Shown: in pieces, positions 1 through 8,829 of the stretch
Numbering within the stretch: position 1 is the stretch's first letter
Layout: every line of letters starts with the position of its first letter
Source: a virus
Lineage: Duplodnaviria > Heunggongvirae > Uroviricota > Caudoviricetes
IMG/VR virus record: IMGVR_UViG_3300013121_000049
Span: 16,253-80,252 of that record
Length of the DNA: 64,000 bases
Direction: 5' to 3' (one strand)
Notes under the pieces: generated by a model
The model's database searches: none
What the model was told of the DNA's origin: nothing
The model's input: the letters and a program-made list of their open reading frames with translations, nothing else
Made by a program: the position numbers and the translations under genes

Positions 1-1135
1 GGCTGCAGAATCCCGTCTGGACTTCCCGGGGCTGGCCGTTCACGTAGTTCTGGTCGAGGTAGGCCAGGTTGGCCACCGTCGGATTGGATATGTCGATCCG
101 GTTGCGATCAGTCGTATCGGCCTGACCCCCGTAGATGGATTCCTTGGGCGTGTAGGCGTTGTCCGCGCTGAACACGCTGGGCGTCAGGAAAACCACCGGG
201 GCCACGCCGGTCACGACGGCCATGCCATAGGACAGGTCGCAGGGGATCATGACGGTCTTTACCTTGAGGGCGGACCGGGCGTAAATGTCCACCATGCCGC
301 CCCGGTGGATGGAGAACGGTGCTCCCAGGGACTGCTGCACCACCAGGTAGTCCCGCATCATCTCGTAGTCCGTGTAGCCGGCAGAGTACTGGTAGGAAAT
401 GAAGTTGAACAGGTTGCGGATGACGTAGTCGATCGACGGGAGGTTCACCAGGTTGCGCGTGGAGACCGCACTGGGGGCGCGACCGATGAAGTGGGTGTTG
501 GACTCCGGGGACACCGATTCGTTGGTCAGGTAGAGCGCCGTGGCCCCGACGAAGTAATTGTTGACGATGGAGAAGTACAGGAATTCGCTGCCCGCCTTCA
601 GGTTGTATTCGTTGCCCTGCCCCGTGGACTGGCAATCGATATCCACGTAGTAGGACCCCGCCACGGAGTCGAACGTCATGGCTGACACCGGGATGGTCTG
701 CGCCTCGATCGGGCTGAACTCGTGGATGTTGTCCGTGCTGAAGGTCAGCGACGTACTGATATACACCGAGGAGATACCCACCAACGGCATGCTGGCCTGA
801 AAGCGCAGGCGCACCCGGACCCGGGAGTACTCCCCCTGATTGCGCTCCAGGAAGAAGTTGGAGAGCAAGCCGTCCACCACGGCCGTCGACGTGTCGTCAG
901 TGGCGTTCACCAGCATGCGGTCACTGTCGTACTGCTGGATGGCCTTCCGCAGCAGGGCCAGCTGGGCGCCCTTGGGGCGGATCAACAGGTCGCGCAGCGC
1001 CGCGCCGTCCCGGAGATCCAGCGTGGGATAGGCGGCGTTCAGCAGCTGGACTACCATCTGCTCGGCGGCGGTAACCTCGTCGGCGGTGACCTGCAGGCCG
1101 GGGAGGACATCGTAGAGATCATAGGGAGTCGTCAT
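1..1135 (-). CDS. Baseplate wedge protein, baseplate J/gp6-like (partial, runs off the window)
   Basis: Not in the ORF track. Manual translation from ATG 1135 gives MTTPYDLYDVLPGLQV...YPTLDLRDGAALRDLLIRP...VDGLLSNFFLERNQG, a typical baseplate-J N-terminus. It follows the gp25-like gene. Confidence 0.75.
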   Translation of the reverse strand, partial: MTTPYDLYDVLPGLQVTADEVTAAEQMVVQLLNAAYPTLDLRDGAALRDLLIRPKGAQLALLRKAIQQYDSDRMLVNATDDTSTAVVDGLLSNFFLERNQGEYSRVRVRLRFQASMPLVGISSVYISTSLTFSTDNIHEFSPIEAQTIPVSAMTFDSVAGSYYVDIDCQSTGQGNEYNLKAGSEFLYFSIVNNYFVGATALYLTNESVSPESNTHFIGRAPSAVSTRNLVNLPSIDYVIRNLFNFISYQYSAGYTDYEMMRDYLVVQQSLGAPFSIHRGGMVDIYARSALKVKTVMIPCDLSYGMAVVTGVAPVVFLTPSVFSADNAYTPKESIYGGQADTTDRNRIDISNPTVANLAYLDQNYVNGQPREVQTGFCS

Positions 1136-1143
1136 GGCCCCTC

Positions 1144-1863
1144 CTAGAGAATGTTGACGGTCATGTCGAGCAGGGGGAAGGGCGCGTAGAACGCCACCGT
1201 GGTCCCTGACTTGGCGGTCAGGCTCATGGCCACGTAAACGGAGTCATCCTGGACGAGGATGGTCAGGATGTCCACGGATTGCAGGCGCTCGTCGTCATTC
1301 TCGAAGTTGGTGGTCAACGATACGACCTGCGTGGCGGCGTCATTGATGTCGGCGCGCAAGGCCGCCGTCAGCTGCGAGGTGTCGCCGATGTTCCCCCGGG
1401 TGATGCCGGAAAACACGGAGGTTCCCCGGCCGGGATTCATGGGATCGCTGCCCTTGGTGGTGAACAGCACCTTCAGGAAGTACTGAACCAGCTTCTGGAT
1501 TCCCGCCGTGGCCCGGGAGAACCCGTTGGACGGGCCTGGCTGCAGGGATACCGTCGCCGCCGTGCCGCGCAGGCGGTAGGTCTCGATTTCTCGGGCGCTG
1601 TACGGTGTGTTGTCCAGCCGGAACGGGTAGGTGACGCCGTTCAGGGACACATAGCGGACCGTCTGAGTGCCCACTGTATCGAACCCGTCCACCGAGACCT
1701 TTTCGCCGCTCAGGTAGTAGGTGTCATTGGACAGGTCGATCAGGGAGAATCGGATAGGCGACGTGCCGTACCCGGCCGAGAAGTCCATGAACAGGATGTC
1801 GTAATACCCGCCCGCAGGCAGGTTCTGGTCGGTCAGCAGACGGGAAACGGATACCAGGGACAT
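1144..1863 (-). CDS. Baseplate wedge / gp25-like protein
   Basis: C-terminal KLVQYFLKVLFTTKGSDPMNPGRGT...DERLQSVDIL resembles the gp25/GPW fold; adjacent to the baseplate J-like gene. Confidence 0.65.
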   Translation of the reverse strand: MSLVSVSRLLTDQNLPAGGYYDILFMDFSAGYGTSPIRFSLIDLSNDTYYLSGEKVSVDGFDTVGTQTVRYVSLNGVTYPFRLDNTPYSAREIETYRLRGTAATVSLQPGPSNGFSRATAGIQKLVQYFLKVLFTTKGSDPMNPGRGTSVFSGITRGNIGDTSQLTAALRADINDAATQVVSLTTNFENDDERLQSVDILTILVQDDSVYVAMSLTAKSGTTVAFYAPFPLLDMTVNIL

Positions 1864-2273
1864 CAGCGGCCTCTCTGCTCGGCCGTGTTTGCGGTCAGGA
1901 CGAGCCCCAGGGTTGCGATCAAGTTGTCACAGTATAGTTTATCCTGCGCGATGTCCGCCTCGGCTTGCGCCAGATAGCTCTCATGCGTCAGGACCGCCAT
2001 GACGGATTCCCGGTACATGGCTTCCGCCAGCACCGCCTGTTCGGACAGCCTGCCCTCCAGCACGGAGGTCCTGCCCCGGGAAATGCGGGTGATCTCTGTC
2101 AGCAGATTCTCGGCGTTTTCCTGGAAATTCAGGCTAAAGAAAAACGTCCCCGCATGCGAGGACGGACCGGCGAGCCAGGACAGCGTATCCGCTGCCTGGT
2201 CGCTCAGGACGGTCTGGTTGCCAACCGCGTCATGACTCGCGGGGGAACTTGCGGGGTTGAGCGCTGGCGGCAT
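1863..2273 (-). CDS. Hypothetical protein (baseplate cluster)
   Basis: 136-aa ORF filling the gap in a tightly packed minus-strand operon. Confidence 0.6.
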   Translation of the reverse strand: MPPALNPASSPASHDAVGNQTVLSDQAADTLSWLAGPSSHAGTFFFSLNFQENAENLLTEITRISRGRTSVLEGRLSEQAVLAEAMYRESVMAVLTHESYLAQAEADIAQDKLYCDNLIATLGLVLTANTAEQRGR

Positions 2274-3027
2274 GGATGCTCTCCATCTCGGTCTTCAAGC
2301 CCTTCATTTTATCGACGAGCTTCTTCTGGAGATAGTTAAACCGGTTGAGGTTGACCCCCAGCATGGCAGCTTTTTCCGCGCCGGTCTTGTGGGCGTTTTC
2401 CGGCGCCGAAATCACCGTCACCAGCTTGCGCTCATCCTCGTTGAGGTTGTCAAACACGTAGCCATGCACCAGGTAGTTCGAATCGAAGGAGGATGCCGTC
2501 GGGCTGCCTTCCTCGCCGGACTCGTAGAGATCGCGCTGGATCTCGCGCTGCATCTTCTTCACCTGGCGGATAGACCAGTTCAGGTGACCGGCCAGCTCCT
2601 GATGCGTCGGCTCCCGGTTGAGCTGTGTCGACAACTCCTGCAGGCCGGTGTTGTAGTGGCGGAACTTCAGCTGCTGGCTCTCGGACAGCCGGGCGGCATT
2701 CTGGTTCTCCATGTTGATGCGGCTGACCTTGCGCACCCAGTGATTGACGTGGGTGTTCAGGCTGGCGCCGCGCGTCGGGTCGTAGGTCTTGATGGCGTGC
2801 ACCACCCAGGACCGGGCTTCCGCGTGCAGGGCGGACTTGGGAATGCTGCCGGCCTGCTCGTTGACCTTCTTGTTGATGACGCCGTTGAACCGGTTGACGA
2901 TGTTGGTCAGGTTGCGCGGCGTCGGGTTGTTCTTCCAGACCGAATACAGCATTTCGTCCTGCTGACGGTTGGACAGGCTCTCGGGTTCCGCCGCTTCGGC
3001 GCCAGGCTCAAATTGGTCGGTTGACAT
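2230..3027 (-). CDS. Phage sigma-70-family RNA polymerase sigma factor (alternative/group-3-like)
   Basis: Region 2 (AIKTYDPTRGASLNTHV), region 3 (QELSTQLNREPTHQELAGHL) and a degenerate region-4 HTH. Start moved to ATG 3027, which has a GAGGT RBS. Confidence 0.88.
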   Translation of the reverse strand: MSTDQFEPGAEAAEPESLSNRQQDEMLYSVWKNNPTPRNLTNIVNRFNGVINKKVNEQAGSIPKSALHAEARSWVVHAIKTYDPTRGASLNTHVNHWVRKVSRINMENQNAARLSESQQLKFRHYNTGLQELSTQLNREPTHQELAGHLNWSIRQVKKMQREIQRDLYESGEEGSPTASSFDSNYLVHGYVFDNLNEDERKLVTVISAPENAHKTGAEKAAMLGVNLNRFNYLQKKLVDKMKGLKTEMESIHAASAQPRKFPRES

Positions 3028-3304
3028 CTTGACGTACCTCATCGGAAAGTGGGACTCCGGACCGCACCTTGATCGCGTAATCGAGCAAGAATTTCTGCAG
3101 CAGTCCACTGAACTTATACCCGGTGTACACGGCGGCGTCGCCATCGCCCTGGCTGTCGAAGACATTGATCACCGGCGAGATGTACTTGGCCTGGTCCAGC
3201 TCCTGCGGGTAGCTGTAGCCGTAGACCGCCTTGAAGTCGCGGGTGCCTGACTTTGCCGGGGCCGTGGGTACGGGCCCCTTGGATGCACCAATGAGATCCG
3301 CCAT
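3008..3304 (-). CDS. Hypothetical protein
   Basis: MADLIGASKG... from ATG 3304, directly after the hub gene stop; AAGGAG RBS. Confidence 0.65.
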   Translation of the reverse strand: MADLIGASKGPVPTAPAKSGTRDFKAVYGYSYPQELDQAKYISPVINVFDSQGDGDAAVYTGYKFSGLLQKFLLDYAIKVRSGVPLSDEVRQDVNRPI

Positions 3305-3308
3305 GCCG

Positions 3309-6300
3309 TTACTCCTTCTTGGACGTGTCAAAGACTCGGTTGAAGTAGTCCACCATGGCCGGGTTGCGGGCGTAGAGGAATACGCCGGAACCCTCGCCCT
3401 GAATACCATCGACTGCGGACTTGCTGATCACCTTGTTCACATTGCCCTGCCCGATGTTATAGGCGACCACCGCATTGTTCCAGCAAGCTCTCGGCGTCTG
3501 GTTGGGATACTTTCTGCGGAAATACGTGTAGAACCACTCCAGCAAGTACGCCGCGTACTTGATGTTGTGAATCGGGTTGTAGCTCGAACCCTTTCCGACA
3601 TGCAAGCCTTGCTTCAACGCATCGGCATTGTTGAACGGCATGATCTGGCCGTATCCGTAGGCGCCCACCGGACTCTCCCGGTAAGGCCGGTAAGAGCTCT
3701 CCACGCGGATGATCTGCTTGAAGAGGTTTGCAGGATACTCAGGATACTTTTCAGAGAAATACGTATCCTGACCCGCTATCTCCATCGCATGTGCCGCGCG
3801 AGCCGAATCCCTCGCCATGGCAAAGAACGACCCGTCATTCCAGCTGGCATGCCCCGATCGTACAGGAGACGTATACGACGAATTCGGGTTAGGATCGTTT
3901 ACGGTTGCGTCAGGGTGGAAAATGTCAGGCGTAAAGAGGGGGGTAAACGCCGGCGGCGTCACCTGCTTCGACAACATCATCGACTGCTTCACGATGTAGT
4001 TGTAGTTCAGGTACAGGCTGTGCGTGGCCGGGATACCAGAAGGATCTAGCGCCCCGGGACCGGACTGGGTGTAGCCGTCCGGGTAGCCGTTCTCAAACGG
4101 GTATTCGCGCACGAACCGCGCCCGCTCGGGGATCATCTCGGCGGAGATCAGCGTGAAACCATGCACATTCTCCAGGTTTTCCCAGGTCTGGATGCTGCGG
4201 CGCACGGCTCCCATGGCACCCCGCCAGTCCTTCGCCCGAAGATCCTTCATGGACGCCTGCACCTGGACGTCCGGTTGCAGGTAAGAGTACTTGTACTCAG
4301 ACAGGTCGTCGATGAACGCCGCGCCGACGCCCAGCACCTCCTTGTAGTAGCGGTCGGCGGCGTCGCGCGCTTCCTTGGAGGCGTTGACCAGCGTGTGGTA
4401 CCGGTACACCCCGAGGCTGTCCTCCCCGGGCGTCTTGATCTTGCCGATCCCCAGCAGGTCGGCCAACCAGGGGAGGATCTGGCTGGATTCGGTGGAATAG
4501 AGCTTCTCGAAGGTCTGGGCTCCCTCGAAGCTGATGGACGTGGACACCGCGCCGCCGCTGTTGATCGAGTGAGTCACCGACGTGCAGTAGGCGTGGTAGC
4601 TGGGCCGACTCGGCGAGGCATCGATGATGTCCATCGGGTAGCCGGGGATGATATACGGGTTGAACACGCCCGACACGCCGCCCGCCTTGGACGCCAGCAC
4701 CTGCAAGCCGTACTGATAGTCCAGGTACTCGTACATGTGCTGCCAGACCGCTTGCTTGCGCGTCTCGTTCGCACTGATGTCCTCCGAGTTCAAATACAGG
4801 TTGAGCCAGGACGGCACCTGCGCATAGGCGGCGTTGATGCCGCGACCCATCTCATGGCTGGCCGGCGTATTGCACGGATGCAGGGCTCCGGCGGCCAGAG
4901 ATTCAGGGCTGACCGATCCCTGGTACTTGATGGCGACCGCCTCGCGCACCGCGAAGGGAGCGCGCAGGTGAAACATGGACGGCATGTCGGCGGCGCCGAA
5001 CGCCGGGTGATTCCAGTTGGATACCATCCGGGTCGGCGTGTCATAGACGGTGCGCACGCTGAGCGCGTTGTACATGGACGGAAACAGCACGTTGCAGCGC
5101 GGGGCGAAGTAGCCGGGCATCACCGGCTTGACCACGGTCTCGATCGGCGCGGCGGCGGATCCCGGCCCGGATTCGTCCCCCGTAAAATCGCCGGAGAAAC
5201 GCATGACCGGGCTGGTCAAGGTCACCATCTCGTAGCACAGGCTGGTGTAAAACGACGACAGGAACCCCATCAACGGGGTCGTGGACGGCGCGCTGTTGGC
5301 CAGCGAAGTGACCGCCATGAACGTCGCGTCATTGACCGTCGCCTGGATGACTTTCTTGGTTTCAGCATCCGCCTTGTCGTCGAGAATGGCCACCTGACGG
5401 GGATTCATGGTCGCCACCTTGTCCTCGGGCGACGCATCCTTGACCTGCTTGTAAATCTTGGGCGTGGCCTCGCTGGTCGCCACCTGGCGGCCGCTCTCCA
5501 CGGCCTCCTCAATGATCGGATGGCCGGTCAGCGACTCCAAGTACTTCATGTTGCGAATGAGCGGGTAGTAGATCTTGCTGATGGCGTCCTGCTGCCAAGA
5601 AAAGGCGTAACCGTCGTTCGCCATGCCGTTCAGCAGGCGGGCTACCGCGCCGGGCATGCCCTTGAGCTGGCTGCGATAGTCGTAGCCGGTCTTGCTGTAC
5701 ATAAAGATCGGCACGCCGCTGTCAATCGCCTGCAGGCTCTGGGTCGGGGTCTGCGTGGCCGCGTCCAGATCCCCCAGAACGGGCTTGAACAAAGTGCCCG
5801 ACGGGTCCTCCGCCGTGATGGACTTGGGGTTGATCCCCTGCAGCATCTTGAGGGCCACCAGGCCCGCGTTGAAGTCCTGCAGCCCGCCTTGCGAGAAGCT
5901 GCCCGTGCTGTCGCCTGCCGCGCCGCCCGCCAGATCATTGGCGAACTTGGCGAACCCGATGCCGATGCGCTGCATGACGTGGTTCTTGTGACGGCACTGG
6001 TAGGTGATGGTGGTCTCCGCATCGGCTTCGCCTTTCCGCTTGGAGAAGTCCGCCGCCCAGATCTCGCCGGTGAACAGCACCTTGTAGACGCGCTTCAGCT
6101 TGACGATCTCGCCGATCTTCAGGTCGGACTGGGAGAAGTAGTAAAGGTCCTGGAAGTAGTCCAGATACAGGATGTGGACCTTGGGGAAGTACCCTTCTCC
6201 GATGGTCTCCATGCCCGGCAGGTAGCCCAAGGTCAACGTCGCCGTCGGGTAGCGGTTGGCCATGGAAGAGACCGTGATGTTGGCGAACGGAACTTCGATG

Positions 6301-6422
6301 CCCTCGATGAACAGCTTGAAGTCCGGGGCGGAGACGCCGGACAACGGATCGTTCGACTGGAATTCGTCGACGGCCGCCGCCGGCAGGGTCTGGAACGCCG
6401 GTACCGGCTTAGGAATAGACAT
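3309..6422 (-). CDS. Baseplate hub-like protein with C-terminal soluble lytic transglycosylase (SLT) domain
   Basis: N-terminal hub-like beta region (DFKLFIEGIEVPF...). C-terminal SLT motifs IIRVESS, GAYGYGQIMP, NPIHNIKYAAYLL and VVAYNIGQGNV. Start ATG 6422. Confidence 0.75.
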   Translation of the reverse strand: MSIPKPVPAFQTLPAAAVDEFQSNDPLSGVSAPDFKLFIEGIEVPFANITVSSMANRYPTATLTLGYLPGMETIGEGYFPKVHILYLDYFQDLYYFSQSDLKIGEIVKLKRVYKVLFTGEIWAADFSKRKGEADAETTITYQCRHKNHVMQRIGIGFAKFANDLAGGAAGDSTGSFSQGGLQDFNAGLVALKMLQGINPKSITAEDPSGTLFKPVLGDLDAATQTPTQSLQAIDSGVPIFMYSKTGYDYRSQLKGMPGAVARLLNGMANDGYAFSWQQDAISKIYYPLIRNMKYLESLTGHPIIEEAVESGRQVATSEATPKIYKQVKDASPEDKVATMNPRQVAILDDKADAETKKVIQATVNDATFMAVTSLANSAPSTTPLMGFLSSFYTSLCYEMVTLTSPVMRFSGDFTGDESGPGSAAAPIETVVKPVMPGYFAPRCNVLFPSMYNALSVRTVYDTPTRMVSNWNHPAFGAADMPSMFHLRAPFAVREAVAIKYQGSVSPESLAAGALHPCNTPASHEMGRGINAAYAQVPSWLNLYLNSEDISANETRKQAVWQHMYEYLDYQYGLQVLASKAGGVSGVFNPYIIPGYPMDIIDASPSRPSYHAYCTSVTHSINSGGAVSTSISFEGAQTFEKLYSTESSQILPWLADLLGIGKIKTPGEDSLGVYRYHTLVNASKEARDAADRYYKEVLGVGAAFIDDLSEYKYSYLQPDVQVQASMKDLRAKDWRGAMGAVRRSIQTWENLENVHGFTLISAEMIPERARFVREYPFENGYPDGYTQSGPGALDPSGIPATHSLYLNYNYIVKQSMMLSKQVTPPAFTPLFTPDIFHPDATVNDPNPNSSYTSPVRSGHASWNDGSFFAMARDSARAAHAMEIAGQDTYFSEKYPEYPANLFKQIIRVESSYRPYRESPVGAYGYGQIMPFNNADALKQGLHVGKGSSYNPIHNIKYAAYLLEWFYTYFRRKYPNQTPRACWNNAVVAYNIGQGNVNKVISKSAVDGIQGEGSGVFLYARNPAMVDYFNRVFDTSKKE

Positions 6423-7221
6423 AGGGCTCGGCCTCCGCAAACACCTCGGGCGGGTTGTTGTCGGCGTCCCGGCCGAACATGCCGTACATCAGGATGCAGA
6501 ACAGGGCCTGCTCCAGAGGGTTGGTGATCCGCGTGAACAGGTCGGCGTAGTCTTCGGGAACCTGCGGGTTTTGCAAGGTCTCCTGCGTCACTTGGGCCAA
6601 AAGGTTGGCGGGGATCACTGAATGGTAGAGGGACTGCTTGACCGGCAGCGGCAGCTTCTCGATGGCGGACAGGCCGAGGAGGCCGCCCGTGTAGGTATCC
6701 GACAGCCAGGTCAGCAGGGCGTACTCGGACGGCGTGAAGAACTCGCGCACTTGCCCCAGGGAGCACCGCAGGGTGAACACGCCCGCCGCCAGGATGTGAT
6801 CGGTGATGACCTCGAAGTCCTCCGGCGGGTAGACGGTACCCGTGGACATCCGCAGGTTCGCCAGCGCGCATCGTGCGCAGATCCCGCCCTGGGATGCGCA
6901 GTATCCGGGGTGCCGAATGAAGTACTGGAAGGGCTTTGTAGCCTGGTAGGCATTGCCGGTTGCCGCGAGCACGTCCCCGGTTGTCGTCGGGTAGAGAATG
7001 CCGTAGCCCGGCGCACTGATCACCCACTTCCACATGTCGCCTTGCGTCAACACCCGCCGGTCCACGGGAAGCCCCAGGTAGGTGCCGCAGTCCCGTTCGA
7101 CGACGGGGACGGTCGGGTTGACCACGCGGTGCAGCAGGGTGTACGTGTTGCCTGCCGCCGGAGGAATCACGTACAGCAGGTTCTCCAGCATCAGGTTGGT
7201 GGTGTACTTGCGCGTGCTCAT
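6409..7221 (-). CDS. Stand-alone protein homologous to the second Zn-binding region of RNA polymerase beta-prime
   Basis: VVERDCGTYLG resembles VTEDDCGTHEG, and IRHPGYCASQGGICARC resembles VRSVVSCDTDFGVCAHC. All four Cys are present; no NADFDGD or trigger loop. Confidence 0.7.
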   Translation of the reverse strand: MSTRKYTTNLMLENLLYVIPPAAGNTYTLLHRVVNPTVPVVERDCGTYLGLPVDRRVLTQGDMWKWVISAPGYGILYPTTTGDVLAATGNAYQATKPFQYFIRHPGYCASQGGICARCALANLRMSTGTVYPPEDFEVITDHILAAGVFTLRCSLGQVREFFTPSEYALLTWLSDTYTGGLLGLSAIEKLPLPVKQSLYHSVIPANLLAQVTQETLQNPQVPEDYADLFTRITNPLEQALFCILMYGMFGRDADNNPPEVFAEAEPYVYS

Positions 7222-7231
7222 GGACGCCTCG

Positions 7232-8599
7232 TCACGAAGTCGGTAGCGGGGTCGACGACGGAGCCGGGGCCGCCGCCTTGAAATTGGAGATGAACTTCGA
7301 CGTATTCTGCAGGCCGTCCTGCGCGAAGGAAATAGCGGGCAGCACCGATACCTGGGTCTTCGCACCGACAATCGGCACCTGGTCTCCCAGATTGATGATG
7401 CGCTTGATATTGGCTATGGATGCGCCCCCCGTGATCGCGCCGATCTTGCCGCTACGCAGGATGGCCGCCTCCGACCGGATCAGTTTGTCCGCCGTGCGCG
7501 CAAACGAGGAGATATTGCCCCGCAGTTTCTTGGCCTCCGCGATGACCCGTTTGGTATCCTGCACGGTCTTGATGAGCGGGTCGGCGTAGTTGTGGACGCT
7601 CTGAACGACGCCGTGAATGGTGTCACCGATCGACTTGATGCCCTTTTTCTTGTTCTCCAGCGTATCTCCTGCGGACTTCAAGACATCGAGAATACTGGTC
7701 TTGGTACTGACAGCGGGCTGCGCTCCCATGTTCTGGAACAAAGGGGAGTACGCATTGCAATACTCTTCCTCCTCTTTGGCCTGAAGGGCCACGGGAGAAA
7801 ACACGCCTTTGGGGTCCGGGCCCTTCGTCGCCGTACTGAACAGATTGCTCACGAATGTGCCGTTGTTCAGGGAGGTGATGAGATTTCCGGCCTTTGATAT
7901 GGCAGTCGGCGCCTGCACAGTCAGCTTGCGGAAGTCCGTGTCGGAAGCCTTTGCCAGCAGCCCCAACATGTTGTTGAGGTCCGCTACCTCTTGCTCCTCG
8001 GAAGAAGATCGCGGTTGGTACGACTTGACCAGGAAGTCGATATTGAACGAAATTCCGACATCGTTCGCCGCGTTCTGGCCGTAGGAGATGCCGGTGATGA
8101 CGCCGATGATGCTGGCGTTGTGCAATTCGAACGCCACCAGCCGGAAATACCGGGCAAGCGCCGTGCCGCGCAGCAGCTTGTCATAGGCGTACATGAACTT
8201 GTAGAACCAGTTGTTGATGTGGTCGTCGATGAGCACGCCGGAAATCGTCATGCGGCGCGGCGCGCGGCCCATGAAATACACGGCAAAGTCGTCGCCGAAC
8301 GTCGGCAACACCATGGTCTTTTCGCCGTCCTGGTAGCTGACGCTTTGCAGCAGGAAGGACGTCATGCCCGCCAACCGGTTGAGATCGCTGCGCTTGACCG
8401 AAAGCTCCTGCAATACGGCGCGCAGGGTACGATCCTCCGTCTTGTTCACCTGAGCGCTGGTCAGGTTCAGCAGGTGCAGCGATGCGTAACTCCCTCGGCT
8501 TGCCTGAGCCGGGCCTCGCAGGTAGTACCGGGGCAGCGCCAGCGGCATACGCTGGTAGAAGCCATGGTTTTCCAGCGCCGGCTGGTCGAACATTGCCAT
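7232..8599 (-). CDS. Putative tail tube initiator/baseplate structural protein
   Basis: 455 aa; beta-rich tube-like segment (MTISGVLID...GISFNIDFLV); position downstream of the tape measure gene. Confidence 0.45.
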   Translation of the reverse strand: MAMFDQPALENHGFYQRMPLALPRYYLRGPAQASRGSYASLHLLNLTSAQVNKTEDRTLRAVLQELSVKRSDLNRLAGMTSFLLQSVSYQDGEKTMVLPTFGDDFAVYFMGRAPRRMTISGVLIDDHINNWFYKFMYAYDKLLRGTALARYFRLVAFELHNASIIGVITGISYGQNAANDVGISFNIDFLVKSYQPRSSSEEQEVADLNNMLGLLAKASDTDFRKLTVQAPTAISKAGNLITSLNNGTFVSNLFSTATKGPDPKGVFSPVALQAKEEEEYCNAYSPLFQNMGAQPAVSTKTSILDVLKSAGDTLENKKKGIKSIGDTIHGVVQSVHNYADPLIKTVQDTKRVIAEAKKLRGNISSFARTADKLIRSEAAILRSGKIGAITGGASIANIKRIINLGDQVPIVGAKTQVSVLPAISFAQDGLQNTSKFISNFKAAAPAPSSTPLPTS

Positions 8600-8600
8600 G

Positions 8601-8819
8601 TCAGTACTCCCGCGGGCGGAAGCCCGTCATGCTGACCACGCTCTTCTCGCGCAGCAGCTCACGTTGCCCGTAGAGACCGCCAAACTGGGACGGCAGGAAG
8701 TTGTCGCCGTCGCGCTGGGCGCGCATGTATTCGAAGATGTCGCCCAGCTGCAAACCGACCAGGGTGGCCTCCGTCAGGGGGACCGTGCGCAGGATGATGC
8801 GAGGGGATGTGTCTGCCAT
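8601..8819 (-). CDS. Small hypothetical protein
   Basis: 72-aa ORF exactly filling the gap; GAGG RBS. Confidence 0.6.
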   Translation of the reverse strand: MADTSPRIILRTVPLTEATLVGLQLGDIFEYMRAQRDGDNFLPSQFGGLYGQRELLREKSVVSMTGFRPREY

Positions 8820-8829
8820 GGGCGTGTCC

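Noticed and set aside
2132-2144. GGCTAAAGAAAAA matching the reverse complement of the terminator tails (TTTTCTTTAGCC)
   Set aside because: It lies inside a CDS (FFFSL codons) with no adjacent hairpin; likely coincidental.
2230-3165. ORF-track starts at 3165, 6440, 7371, 12684, 16906, 23826, 49568, 56661 and 62823
   Set aside because: The upstream extensions overlap neighbouring genes and look non-coding. Downstream ATGs with an RBS were used instead.
4161-6527. Long plus-strand ORFs opposite late genes (e.g. 4161-6527, 50224-52833, 16912-18135) and long minus-strand ORFs opposite early genes (32108-34003, 42885-44657)
   Set aside because: They are antisense shadows of GC3-biased real genes. 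They have no RBS or motifs and read as low-complexity R/G/V/A sequence.
6409-7221. A functional full RNA polymerase in this window
   Set aside because: No catalytic NADFDGD or other beta/beta-prime segments were seen; only the Zn-site fragment is supported.
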